Position numbers and translations under genes: made by a program. Shown piece after piece: positions 25,996 to 39,906 of a stretch of DNA of 64,000 nt. The notes under the pieces were generated by a model. That model was given only the letters and a program-made list of their open reading frames with translations. It ran no database searches and was not told the DNA's origin. How positions within the stretch are numbered: position 1 is the stretch's first letter; each line of letters begins with the position of its first letter. The stretch comes from Octopus bimaculoides (taxonomy: Eukaryota), in assembly GCF_001194135.2 (NCBI RefSeq), contig NC_068992.1:4987106-5051105 (forward strand). Direction: 5' to 3'.

Positions 25996-26519
25996 AACTA
26001 ATCTTGTGGAATAGATGGATGCCGTAATTGTACAATTCTCAGAAGTAAGTGATAAAAATATGTTCATGTTAAACCGTATATTGTAAATAACGAGATGCAG
26101 AAATATTAATGCAACAAATTTAGTAACTTAATCATGGACGACGAAAAATGAAGACTGATGGCTCTAACTTAACTGATCGGCTCGAAATATAAATATAATT
26201 TAATTAAGATAATTATGGATGCACGGTTGCATACATTACTGGTCATATTAATTAGATGGCGACTATGCCTATACCAGCAGTGTATATCTCCTGGGCCATG
26301 GCTTCTGACTTTTTTAATAAATAAAATAATTTGCTAGGCGAAGTTTTCATCAACAGGTTCGCCCAGATTAAACATATAAGTGCGAGGTAATCCAGCATGT
26401 GGCCCGTGCTTATACATAATAATTTTTCAAATCCATCGCGCAAAGGCATTTTTTTGTCGGCAGCACATAAAATAATGCCGGCGTTACTTCGAAAATGTTC
26501 CAGAAAAAATTATCAATAA

Positions 26520-26914
26520 TTAATAATATAAGAGTAATAAAAAATTTTCTAGAAATTTTTACTACTGGTGGCCTAGCATGTAGCAAAATTAGTCAATAGA
26601 CTATATATTATTCAAAAAAATACAGTGTACATTTAAAAACATAAGAGGTATCCGTTAAAGGATTTCTTGATCCAGGAGATAGATGGGAAATGTTTCTATT
26701 TTTCATTCACTTCGAAGATTATCCCTAATAGCGGTTTGGATTTTGGCTGTTCCTTCTAGCATGCCAGGAATCCTATGGTGGATACCTCTTATGTGTTTAA
26801 ATGTACACTGAATTTATATGAATAATGTATAGTCTATTGACTAATTTTTCTACCCGCTAGGCCACTTGTAGTAAAAATTTCTAAAAAAAAACTTTATTAC
26901 CCTGATATCATTAA
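26520..26914. mobile_element. Foldback/MITE-like element with long inverted arms
   Basis: 26551-26653 versus reverse complement of 26780-26882: 103 nt ungapped with 10 mismatches by manual count; weaker symmetry extends outward to about 26520 and 26914; 126-nt spacer; no ORF. Confidence 0.8.
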
Positions 26915-29247
26915 TAGATAGATAGATAGATAGATAGATTGTTGAATATACAGTTTAGCAGTAGATGACGGATGTGCAAGCGAAATGCGATATGATTTAA
27001 AGAAAATAATGCAATAATCCTATCTGAATTACGTATTCTGCACTGGTAACGTGTAAAATAATACAACGGTAGTTGTTACGATAAGTGACTGTATACTTGG
27101 AGGTCAAATGAATCTTTTTGTAAAAACAACTTGCGCTGAACCTCCTACCACAGCAATTTTCTTGTATGTATGAAGTAATATTTCATACATACAAACATGC
27201 ACATGCAAATATTGACGTGGGCGTGCGTATATATGTGTGTGTGTGTGTGTACTGCAAAATATAATTATTGATAACCCTTGTTTATAGATCTAAAGACACA
27301 ACCACACTAAATTACATCATACATACGTTTAATCAATTGCATTGTAATGCATGAATACCTAGTTAGAATATAACACTATTATTTAGGAGACATACGATTC
27401 AGCCGTGTACATGTAACGCACACTTAAATATCATACTTGTGTATTTACACGTATGTGTGTGCGTGCGCTATGAAATGTTTGTACTCATATGTGTCTGCTA
27501 ATATCTAAATATCTGGGTATATCTATTAAACATCGAGTATGTGTACACTTGGAAAACTATCTGTAGTAATAATGAAGTGTATGGTGTAATGATTCAGTAA
27601 TGTAGACGATTGTATTTGCTCATTATATTAATTTGAATACATTCTTCACCGAGGAATATTATATTTATATTTACATTCGTGCGATACCATTTCTTTATAA
27701 CGTTCAGACTATGTATACTGCATGCATGTCTCCGAAAAGTGCTTATTTGTATTAAGGTAATTTCTGGAACGGTTTTCAATGTAATTTGAGTCGTATGGTC
27801 AACAAGCAGTCTTCGTTTGTGAATAGTATTTAATTTTCTTAAAAGTATTTTGATAGCACCTTTTATGAAATAATTTTCACTCACTCCATTCGCAGAATCT
27901 TCTCAATGTATGAATACAAATAACAATTGGTAGTTGATGAGGTTTTGAAGAAGACAAAAAATAATAATAATAAAGTTTTAAATGTAACTGGCGAACAGCC
28001 ATCAAAAGCTAGTGGAGCACTTGGCGATAAAGTTATCCAGAAAGCACAAGGAGATATTTTCTACGAGTCGATAATCCGCTAGTCAGAACGGCTAGTTTAA
28101 TAACATCATAGTTGACATAAAAAGAAACTGCTGCATATAGCTGCCGAGATATTCTAAGATAAGATACTAATGTCTATTGCAGACAACATTAAACTTGGCT
28201 AATAGTCAATTTTAGCTACAGTTTAGGGCTAAAGGCGCCCTTAGCAATGCTGAGAGATAGGTGCTACTGAATAAACTGAAGGTCTTACTCTTCCATATTT
28301 TAATGACCTCTATTCATTGAAGAGCTACTACTGGCCGGCCAAATCAAGGAAATTGTGATTCATTATTTTATTGATTATACATTTACATTCGACGGCGTAG
28401 TGTCCAGACATCGGTAGAGAAACCCCAGGGCATGAGAAATCACTGTAGTCAATAGGTGATGCACACGCCTATCAATCTCAAACATCATAAATTTCTATCA
28501 GGCGCCATTTATTTGGCTTCCGTAGATCTTTCAAAAGGATCTCACTGCTGCAGTGCTCGTAGAATTATCCGAAAAAAATCCGATGACTATACAGCTATTC
28601 ATTGAATGTCTGTCTTTCAACCTGTTTCTCTTCAATGGGAACCAAATACAAAAAAAAAATGCTGTGGTGTGCGTTCATTGATATATGTAGCTAGATCATA
28701 GATATCTAGAAAGTCCTTTGCAACAAGGATACACTTGACTGAATATGGTGTTGATGCTATCAACCATTCTTTTCACTAACATCGTTAATGTTTTCTTATC
28801 TTTGAAAGAAGAAACACACGTTTGAAAATACATTCGTAAAATGTATTAGAAATTTTCAAACATGTGAAATCGAACTTTTTTATGCTATACGATAAATTAA
28901 GATTGTAGATTAACGAAGAATTAGGACAGTGTTCGAATATCCATTCCTTAAAGAAAGGGCAACGTATGATTTATGTTCGAATGCCTTCTAAGTTAAAGTC
29001 AAGTTTAAGATAGTAAGCGTTTGCCCCAAAGAGATATATGCTTACTGCATTGGTCCCTGCATGTCCAAATTTGAAAGACTGACTCAGTGCTTATGTCTCG
29101 CATAAAGGGCACACATCATGTGACACACATATGCACACCAACACACGAAGTCAAATCGATTAAATGAACATTAAACATGAAACAAAAGAAGAGGACGGTC
29201 ACATATACATTCATATACATATGTGTGTGTGTCTCTGTGTGTGTGAG

Positions 29248-29401
<154 letters not shown>

Positions 29402-29609
29402 TAAAGACGTAAAATGAAAACAGAACACAAAGGATTCCGCGGTACACGTATTTGAAGCTTTATACACAAACAGTCGTTTCATAATTATATGAGTATATAA
29501 TTGATAGAAAGGGTGGTTTAAAGCGATCTTCAGCCGTAAACATTTTCAGTCCCAAGACTACATCACAAAGAAGAAAGAAAAGGAGATATAAAAAGGAAAA
29601 GTCCACTTA

Positions 29610-29783
29610 CTGAAACACATATGGCCTCCCATTGCATACATTGTCTATCCAGAGTTTAGCAATTGTTTCTAGGACATCAATGTAGGCGTCGGAGCTAACT
29701 ATAAGGCCTTGTGGAAAGATGTAAGGTGGCATTACATGTCACTCGTTGTTGACAATCTCTAAAACCATCCCAGTTGCAGAAAA
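29610..29783 (-). pseudogene. maT/DD37D (Bmmar1-like) Tc1/mariner transposase fragment
   Basis: Single frame FSATGMVLEIVNNE*HVMPPYIFPQGLIVSSDAYIDVLETIAKLWIDNVCNGRPYVFQ matches the DD37D region ..VMV.G.VS.EG.VMPP.FF..GL.VN...Y..VL...V.PW......RPYVFQQD.AP; one internal stop. Confidence 0.85.
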
Positions 29784-30862
29784 TGTTGTATATGTTGTTA
29801 TATTTTAAGAACAATTTTTACCCTTAGTACTTATATTATATATGTATATACACATATACACAAATATATGTATGTGTGTGTGTGTGTGTATGTGTGTAAA
29901 TATAAAGAGAGACAGAAAAGAGATTCGGACGGGAGAGAGATTAGATACATGGATAGATTGATAGATAAATAGATAAATAGGCGAATATACAGATATATCA
30001 CCCAATATTAGTATATGACCTGATATTAACTGAAACATAAAATGTTCCACACCATAATTTATTAAGTAATAAGCGTTCTAAACGGATCGATCACAAAATC
30101 CGCGTCAAATAATCGAAAGTGTATCTATAAAATAAAGAGAACACATATTTTAGTCAAAATATTCTACAATATCTGGTTCATCCCCATTATTAATTTGAAG
30201 TAATTCAATTAACTGAGCCAGACATTTGCATTCAATCATATATATACAATAAAAATACAGCAACAAATGGCGAAATTTTAAGTTGATTACACAAAGGATG
30301 ACACAATATTTGGAAGTCTAGACATAATGTTTGAAATATATAAAGATCTAGATATTTGTTAATAATTTTTTTGTTCATCGCAAGTGTCTGCAACATACAA
30401 TTAGACAAAACTTTACAAAGTGATAGTCTAAGCTATAACATACATAGAAATATTAGCGCATTCATTTCCGAGGTAATGATCTATTCACTTATTAGATAAA
30501 GGCAAAATTATTACTGCGTTAATTTTAATCGCGTACCGTTTGAAATGGCATTCAAAATTTACAAAATTGTTTGATACATCACAAGAATCTATTTGAGAAA
30601 AGAAAATGTTATATTTATTTTCCGCACAAATAAGTCAGTGCCAGACGAAGTGGCTTAAATTTAATGTTATAAAACAGTATATTTATTAAAATTGTTTTCT
30701 GCCTACTGTCTTTTCATTCAAACAAATCTCAAGACGACTCAATGTCTCAATATTTTTCAATATATAAAGAAATAATTGACAATTAAACATGCATTCACAT
30801 ATACAAACACACACAGGTATGTGTATATACACACACACACACGCACAAACACATATATACGC

Positions 30863-30926
<64 letters not shown>

Positions 30927-31398
30927 ATGCACATACATACAACTGTACACGTGCATATATGTATATATGTGTGAAATAGCCATCTATGTATCATACGTGA
31001 TGCATACACATAATTCGTCTACTGGCCACAGCTCTTATGAATGTGATTTGTGTTTCAAATGCAATATAAGTCGCAGGGAGATCAAAGTTTCCCAGCAGCA
31101 GTTACCATGAATCCTACATGCATTTCAGCCTCGTTCTGCCTTGTGTCTTCATAGTCTCGTAATTCAAAGTGAATAAACGAGATTTCTCGCCACCCACTCT
31201 TTGATAAACATTGAAAATTCTTCACTGGTATTGCTACTAGTCTCCTGGCGGGATACAAATGCGTTTTATGCAATAAAAGCAGTGTTAATTCAAATAGTCA
31301 TGAGTATATCGTATTCAAAGCAACTACATCGTTTACTGGGAAACTTACTTTAGTATACAAATGGGCCTTAATACATGAAATGGATATTCGTTGTTAAA

Positions 31399-31429
<31 letters not shown>

Positions 31430-31593
31430 CGGAAGGGGACTATAATTGTTCCAGTAGAGACAGTAAAACGTGTCTTTCAGATTTGTTAAGTGCGTTTCTT
31501 ACATTCAGCGCCATACTTGAACGTGATTTATCGTCTTTGTTACATAGGTAAACACGTGAGTATATGCATGTGTTTATACGTAGGCAGGTAGGT

Positions 31594-31599
31594 ATGTAT

Positions 31600-31693
<94 letters not shown>
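31594..31693. repeat. Long (GT)n microsatellite followed by GA-rich tract
   Basis: Directly visible. Confidence 0.95.
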
Positions 31694-31695
<2 letters not shown>

Positions 31696-34600
31696 TTCTA
31701 TGTATGCATATATTTGTTTGTATCATTGAGTATTTTTGTGCTTGTAGATGTATGTGTGAGAGAGAGTGTGTGTGAGAGAGAAAGAGAGAGGAAGAGAGAG
31801 AGAGAGAGTGATAGGTAGATAAATGGATGGATAGAGAAAGAGAAAGGGAAAGAGAGATGCCATTGTTTTCTAGATATATAGATAAACTACCTACTTATTG
31901 TTGTTTTACTATTTTGAGTCAATCGATTGTAGAGATAGTCTCGTGCTCCGTGCACTGTATGTCCCGATTATGAAACTTTAAATTTATAACAGTCGTGTAT
32001 GCATTAGAAAATATGCTGAGATTTATTTCTATGAAAAATTTAGGGCTTCAATCAAAATGACCCTTATTCTGATAAACTTGTCCTTTCTAACATCCCGCTC
32101 AACTTTCTACCTTCATATAGGTTATTTTATTAATACTAAATTTAGAAAAAAAAAAAAAGAAAAAAAAACGAAAAGAAAGATAGAGAAAGTAATACTTCCA
32201 GAAGTAAAACTTACTACACCCGTCAGAAAATCTGGATCATATTTTTTTTTCTGATCACAGTAAAACGAGACTTGGTGGAGGATAATTTATACACCTAGAA
32301 TAGAAGTAGACATATACATATAATTCAATTGTCCTGTCTTCTAAAATATCTGTCCACTTGTGGCGGTATTTTAAATTAATAATTGTAATTTAACTATATA
32401 TATATATATAGGTTAGCAACTATATTCAATTGATCTGTTTCAGTGAACAATAAATAATGTTCTAATTCCCACAGTGCAAGTATGTAAATGAAGCCTGGTG
32501 CCATCAGAATAAAGTGCAATGTTATGTCAAGTATAACATAGCACGTTTCCACTAATTGTGCCAAATTTAGTCTCTTACACTCTGCATAAATTAAGAGCTG
32601 AAACACATCAGTGATGTAAGTGAAGTGAATTAATATGGCTCTTAAAGGGAACAGAAACCAAATGAGTTAACTTGTAAAGATTCACAGCACTACGCTCGCC
32701 ATCATAATCTACAATAAGAAATATGAGGAAAATTGAGAATTGCTTAAATCTACTCACTCCATTTGACATAGGGGCTACGTGGTAGTTTGCCATGTTAAAT
32801 ACCAATAAATTTGTCTGCATTCACTTAGAATATAATTTGATTTATCATAACAGTTTTCCTTTTTTCCCCGGTCTTCTTAATATAGTAAATGTTATAATCT
32901 GAAAGTGAGGTAAGCAATATATTGAACATACCCTTCAATGCCAGATCGCATCTAATTTATGTGAGTTTACATATATACACTCATACACACAAACGCAGAC
33001 GCATATACACAAATGCATTAATGTAAATACATATATGCATACATTCATACACACATATATACTTGAATATATATATATATATATATATACATGCACATAT
33101 TCACGCACACACGTATATATATGCAAGCACACGTGCAAATAGTGAATATGAATACATATATTCATATACATAGATATATGCCTGAAAATACACGCGCATA
33201 CAGTTGAATGTATACGTTTGTATGCATATAGAGATATATTTATATATGCATGTATTTATGAATGTGTATGTGATATGATATGATATATACACATACACAC
33301 GCACACATACATACATATAGAGTTGTGTAGTTTAGAATTCTATTCAGTAATTACGTGGGCCGCCTGAAAGCCTAGTTGTAAAGTCTTCGGTAATTTTGAT
33401 TTCCTATCCTCGGAGGTCACTTCTTATGCAGTAAATGAAACTAGGCGGACGGAAATTCATAGCACTAAAATACATTCAAATGTATGGAAACATTGATACA
33501 CATATGCATAAACACATTCATATATGTGTACGCATGCACATATATGTACATACGTACGAACATGTATATATATATAAGTGGTGGGCTCAATTCCCCGATT
33601 GTGTGACCGTTTGTATTCTGCAGCAAGCCACTTCATTTCACTTTTTCCTTTTTCTTTTTAGGGATGGATTCTACGACCTATATCTGGAATAGATCCAAGG
33701 TTTTCTCTGAGTTTTGAAAAAGGCAACTAAAAGGAAGTTCCACTCCGATTTCGTAAAACATTCGATTAACGAAACAAAGACTCGAGCTGGAGGAGAGAGG
33801 GTCATGAGGCATGGATTTGCGGAGTACGCAACTCCTTATGTGTTAAATGATCAACGTCGTCGATCGACTGAGGACCAGTTCAGAAAAAAATTTTTCCTCC
33901 CAGCACACCTACACACATAAATTATTTGTAATATGTACTTAAATGCATACATACAGGTACATACAATACACGCACACACGAACACATGCAAATATATATA
34001 CATAGATACAGTAACGCATAAACGAAAACACACTCCACACACACACGCACACAATGGGTGGTGCCCCATCACGGCCGTAGCTTAATCACTGAAAAAAGTA
34101 AAACATAAAGATAAAACGTATAACATAAATATAAAACGTTTAACATAAAACATATTTGGACAGATCTATATTTAGAACGATTGACTGATAAACAGATGAA
34201 TATATACATTCATTCATTCATATATTTGTATACATTTGTGGGTGTGTTCTGTGTGTGTGTATGAGCAACGGGTTTCGTAAATACAAACAATAATTCGAAA
34301 AGGACAAGAGAAAATGAATATCAAATGGGGGGTAATGTAGACGACAGACCTTCAGAATTACAAAGGAACTCAAAGGATGTATCGTTATAGTATGAGACCA
34401 AATGGTACTCATAACGTTACTAAATCTGTGATAACTTGTAGTGCCTTCCTTCGTATGCCTAAGCAAGCTTCATACACATGAATATAAGGTTTACTAAAAA
34501 CACAAACCGAAATTATACAGTGACATCAAAGGCGTTACTTTATTATATCTACATGTGTATAATTATGTCTGATTTTCTCCCTCACAACCCTTTGTTTCTC

Positions 34601-35469
34601 AACAAAGATGTATACACAGAGATATAATACAAACACACACAACACACACATACATTAGCTCACTTCTCACACGCATAAACACATATATGCGCATAAGCAA
34701 ACTCACCCACGCACTACAGCAATCATATAGACGCGCACATACTTGTTTCTGGACGTTTGTGTGCGTTTGAAATCGTTATTGTTATAAGTCGTATTTGACC
34801 TTTGTATATCCGATGCATCAGTTTATCGCATTCATTGTGGGGAGAAATATATATCATTCGTTTGGAGAAAATATAATTTTGCTTCAAAATAAAAAGTCTC
34901 ATGTCAGTTTTCTATCAACATGATGATTATAAGAACAGTTAAGAACATGGTTTCTGAGCGGCAAATTCTTGGACGTAGTTAATCGATGATATCCAGTCTA
35001 GTATTTCAGTTGTGCGGTATTTCTTCGAATTTGGTAAGGATTGGATTCAAAGTTGATATCTGAGGAATTTTATATATTAAGGCAAAGACCACTAATGAAA
35101 CATCACATACCATTCTTTCGAACGAAATAAACATTATGCCATGGCAAGTCTCTAGAAGGATGTAGATAATGGTGGTACTAATACTCACAGTAATAATAGT
35201 TTCTATTATAGATACAAGGCCTGGAATTATAGGGAAGAGCCTAAGTGAGTGATTCAAAATTGGTACATAATTCATCGAGCTCCAAAATTATCAATAGCAA
35301 ATTCGAACTAGGCGTATATTGAACTGTGAAGAACATATGTATGAACACAGTGCTCTTAAATAACTTGTCCGGAATGCTACCGATTCTTCCAGATCACCTT
35401 CTAAACAATGATGATGACGACGACGACAACGATAATGATGATGATGATGATGTTGACCTTAAATGTTAA

Positions 35470-35880
35470 CTGATCGGAAGTGTCATCATGTACATTGATT
35501 TGTCTTGATATAAAAGATGGGTTACAGCAAATATTCTGCTCAATACCTCAAATTTGCTTGTCAGTTGCTTGGCGATAACCAGATGAGCGTGTCCCTTTGT
35601 GAGGTGCTGCTATGTGCATCTCTGATCACGAGCACAAGGAGTAGGGGAGCATCATAGCCATGTGTTGAGAGGAATTCTGTGGGGTTTCAATAATTCACTT
35701 CTGTAAACAAGGGTGTTTTGTTCACCATTGGAATACTCAACCACATGAAAATTCTAGCAAGCTTATGCTCTGTCTATCTTGAAATAAGACCACCGTGTCG
35801 CGCACGTACGGTGTGATGCCTGGTGTACCTTTGTCAGACGGGTAGTCATGATGGGTGTATTGGGCTTCGTGTATTTGAAT
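35470..35880 (+). mobile_element. Unclassified interspersed repeat (family D), internally shortened copy
   Basis: Co-linear with 59320-59790 (ggaagtgtcatcatgtacattg..ataaaagatggg..aaatattctgctcaatacc..tgcatctctgatcacgag..; gtagtcatgatgggt..tgggcttcgt). Confidence 0.85.
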
Positions 35881-36899
35881 GTACGTGTATCTGACATTTT
35901 TCCTGTCTTTTGATATGGTATTGAGAGTTAGCCGTGGCATTACCAACATCTGAATGATCTATACCTGTCCATCGAAGGGCAAATCCCTCGACAGAGATGG
36001 GTTTGATGGTATGAAAGCGCTCGTCAACTATCTGCTCCTGTGTGAGAGATATCTGTTCATATGGAAAACAACTAACTAACGAAATCTTACTTTCACCAAA
36101 TTTCTAGTAGGCAATATACTTAAAGATATTTTAAGACACAAATGAATATTTAGAAATGTTATCGACATTTAACCTTTGATTGTTAAATATCATCACCTGA
36201 TGTTTCAAAAATTGACAATGATGTGGCGATCATTAAACAAAAGTTGACGTGCGATAATTTTCCATAATAAGCATGTATATTTAATTGTGCAAGGGGTTGA
36301 CATTTATTAGACGGCAATTAAATTGAAAATTTGTATGAAAAGTACTCTTAAATAACGATTCCGTTTTGCATATGTATTCATGCGATCCTTTTTCCAAAGT
36401 TTAAGGGTCAATATTCCTTATGATGATTACGTGAGAATGTATCCGAATAAAAAGGACGCATTGCGATTTAAGCCGTTCTAGATGCCCAGAAATTAGATGC
36501 ACAGACATGTTATGCTGTGGATTCGAATGATCATCATATCGTCACATAACACAACGTATCCGAATCACGAAAATTCTTATCCGATTCGACAGTCTTGGGA
36601 AAGTATTTTAGTGAAATACTTGAAATTGCACATATATATAAACATTGTATATCCACATCATAATATTGCGCAATATAAAGCCACAGATTAACAAATCTTT
36701 GCAAATGCGCTTTGACGTCTTCCCGTTTGAATGCAAGGAATTGGTATATTACTTCCATTGTGCTGGTCGTGCACTTTATTGCTCTAGAAACTATGAAATA
36801 CAAATTTGTTATCCGCGGAATTTGAACTTACGGTACACACAGTGGGAATAAACAACACAAGTACTTCTATTCATCTCCCTGACGGCTCTGAAAAATCGT

Positions 36900-38350
36900 C
36901 GCTCACTGCATTTTTCCATGACTCTTTTCTCATTTTCCAATCTATCAAAATATTTTGAATTTTAATAACCTCATATATTTCCTCCTCACATATCGTCCAA
37001 AGCATTACCAGTTTCCATATCATTGAAGAATGCAGTTTCACTATGTTTTTATTAGTTTCTTCAAGGTATAGCTATGACCCTTATATGTCAGCTGACAAAA
37101 CCCATTATTTTTCCAGAGATTTTATTGATGACTAATTGATATGAACTAACTATTCCATCTTCAAGATGATTGTTTGTACATTTTATAGAGAATTGCCAGC
37201 TATTTCTTGTGAATCTAGCTAAGTTGCTTGAGTTTTCTCGTTGAGTCATACATTCAGTATGTTTCCCAAATACGAGTTACTTGTATATCATGTTAAATCT
37301 CGCATGTAACTTCAAACTATTCCATCCGCATTATTTGTAACCACTAACGCTTTGATTCTTTCATTAGATATATTAGTGGAATTAGATCTTGACTGAAAAA
37401 TAGTGGCAATAACTAACTTCGTTGAACAATTCATTTTTTATATATATTGAGAAGACTGGTCTTTTTTTATCACCTCTTCATCTTGCAGTGTTATTGGTGT
37501 TATACGTTTTGACATGTCATGATTGATGTACTGTCTTAGATTTGGAAACGATTTGTTCATATAAATTATCTACTTCATCAGTGGAAAGTTTTCCTGTCGA
37601 AAGCTTTCTGGAAATCGATAAACGCTATACTTAGATTTTCATTTCTTTTTCTTTGGTCTTCAATAACTGCTCTGTTTACCAATAGCTTTTCCTTTATGTT
37701 CATACATCTCTTTCCAGAATCATTTTACTCCTCTGCAAATACACTGTAATCTAACAAATTATCATCCAGAATATTATATTATTTGTGAGCAGTTTATATT
37801 TTTGTAGTTTGCTTGGCTTATTATATGAATATTTCTTTACTCTGATTTCCTTTCAAAATCTCTAGTATTTAATAGCTACGATTTACTTTTGGATTAATAC
37901 CTAAACCGATGTCACATTCGTGTATTATTCATTGTGTAATGCAGTGCCAGCTACTTGGATAAATCCAATCGACTATGGGATCTCTCCAAAATGTGTGATA
38001 GCATAACGAATACTGTGTTCTGTATGGAAAATAGTCGCATTTTGATTTTGATCTTTTATTTATTCATCGAGTGCTGCTATATTACATTAGTATTATTTAA
38101 TCATCTTATAAGCTAATGGCTTTGACTCATTCCATGCCTTCATTTTACATTTTACCAATTTTATATACAGAGTTTATTTCCAAATTCCATCTTTATCTCT
38201 CATGGATTTCGTTTTCAAGGAGGCCGTAACTAAATTTTTCTAACATCAATTTTACTTCATTTATTCAGTATGTTAATATCTGCTAGATTTAGCTTCGTAA
38301 ATATAGGTTTTATTTACCAGAAATTATGTCAAGTATAAAATTTTGAAAGT
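36900..38350 (-). pseudogene. Decayed R4/Dong-like non-LTR reverse transcriptase
   Basis: Minus: YKLLTNNII..VFAEE*NDSGK..IKEKLLVNRAVIEDQRKRNENLSIAFIDFQKAFDR (37594-37700; cf. R4 K.QLLINK.I.ED.K....NLS.AWIDY.KAFD)..LIPL..IVK..FNDM; many stops and frameshifts; outer limits approximate. Confidence 0.72.
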
Positions 38351-39477
38351 CTTTCTGTATATATTGATATTTGCTATGGCTTAAAAAACTGTAGCTATCG
38401 ATTTATAAATTATAAATATTATATAAGTTCTGCCAATGTTAGCGTGCGTAGGATTTGCCCCAATATATCTTCCACTTCATTTTACCAAAGTATCTCAGTG
38501 GAAACTTTTGACAGGTTTGTGCAAAACACGAGGCCCTGTTGGAATATAAGAGAAAACGCTTTTCAGAATGTTTTAGTAGAAATAATTTTCCTACAAACAG
38601 TTATTTGAAATTTTCTTTCCAGTCCATTTCACTGGCGCATTAAAAAATATCTCATAATTTTTATTAACATTTGTGTGGTATGTTTGATACTTTCTACTGC
38701 TATATTCAGTTCTTTGGGTTTTTTTTTTCTATTCATGGTTTGAAAGTTTGTATTTTTTGTGTCGATTTATTAATATACATTTTCATGTGTCACTTGCGGG
38801 TATTAAGTAAAGATGTTTTTCTATATAATGCTTTTCGAATACGCACTATGCATAAAACATTTTGTTTCTCTACAGTAGCCTTTATCTTCCCTTAACACAC
38901 TGTCATTGTTAGTTGATGTAACTCGCTATCTAATGTAATCGATGAGACGCTGCGTCTGACATTGAAGGATTTTTTCCGGATCCCGACATGATGTGTCTTG
39001 CATTAGTGAATGGGATTGTGCCGATCAACCAACCTCAACTGTTATATTTCTATCCACTACAAACAATATGAATGCCAAATACCCTGCTAGATTTAAACTT
39101 AGAAATAAGAAAGAAATAATGCAACGCTTTCTTTCGGTTACTGAGAAAAAAACCCAGCAGCTTTTTTTTGTACTATTGATTAGTCCTTTCAGACAAATTC
39201 TTGTATTTCAAATCGCTTAGCATTCCAGTGGTGCATAGCGACAAAGGTACAGTTTTAGTTGGAGAATGTTCTAAGTATTTTGTTACCGTGTACCTTATTA
39301 ATATAAATATTTTTAATTCAATGTAAAATTATTGTGTGTTGGTGGGGATTGTATCGTAAGAAGTTTCTTTCAATTCCATAGTGTGATACCATTTCTTCCT
39401 TTGTTTTAGGCTAGGGGTGATCAAAGGCATACCAGTGGATTTCTTTAACGGATACCGAAAGAATCCCGTCACCTACC

Positions 39478-39620
39478 TCTAATATTGCTTAACAAGCACA
39501 TGGTTCCGGGTTCAGTCCCACTGCGTGGCACCTTGGGCAAGTGTCTTCTACTTTGGCCTCGGGCCGACCCACGCCTTGTGAGTGGATTTGGTAGACGGAA
39601 ACTGAAAGAAGCACGTGGTA

Positions 39621-39666
<46 letters not shown>

Positions 39667-39906
39667 TGTATGTGATGCGTGTGTGTGTGTGTATGTTTGT
39701 GTGTCTGTGTTTGTCCCCCTAGCATTGCTTGACAACCGATGCTGGTGTGTTTATGTCTCCGTCACTTAGCGGTTCGGCAAAAAGAAACCGATAGAATAAG
39801 TACTAGGCATACAAAGAATAAGTCCCGAGGTCGATTTGCTCGACGAAAGGCGGTGATCCAGCATGACCACAGTCAAATGACTGAAACAAGTAAAAGAATA
39901 AAAGAG
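39478..39906 (+). mobile_element. tRNA-derived SINE family B, best-preserved copy
   Basis: B box-like GGTTCAGTCCC, then ACCTTGGGCAAGTG resembling the CORE-SINE core (GACCTTGGGCAAGTC), an internal (TA)n(TG)n tract and a 3' tail shared with 12085-12330. Confidence 0.92.

Noticed and set aside
25522-26067. Overlapping protein-like ORFs on both strands
   Set aside because: Most of the interval is a diverged family A SINE (25775-25995); the remainder has no recognisable motif.
27950-28650. Slightly GC-richer block as a possible exon or TE ORF
   Set aside because: The frames examined are interrupted by stops and show no recognisable motif.
29600-29720. Exonisation of the maT fragment via CA/GTAAGT donor on the minus strand
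   Set aside because: The donor-like site coincides with a mutated QQD codon region, and there is no convincing acceptor or other support.
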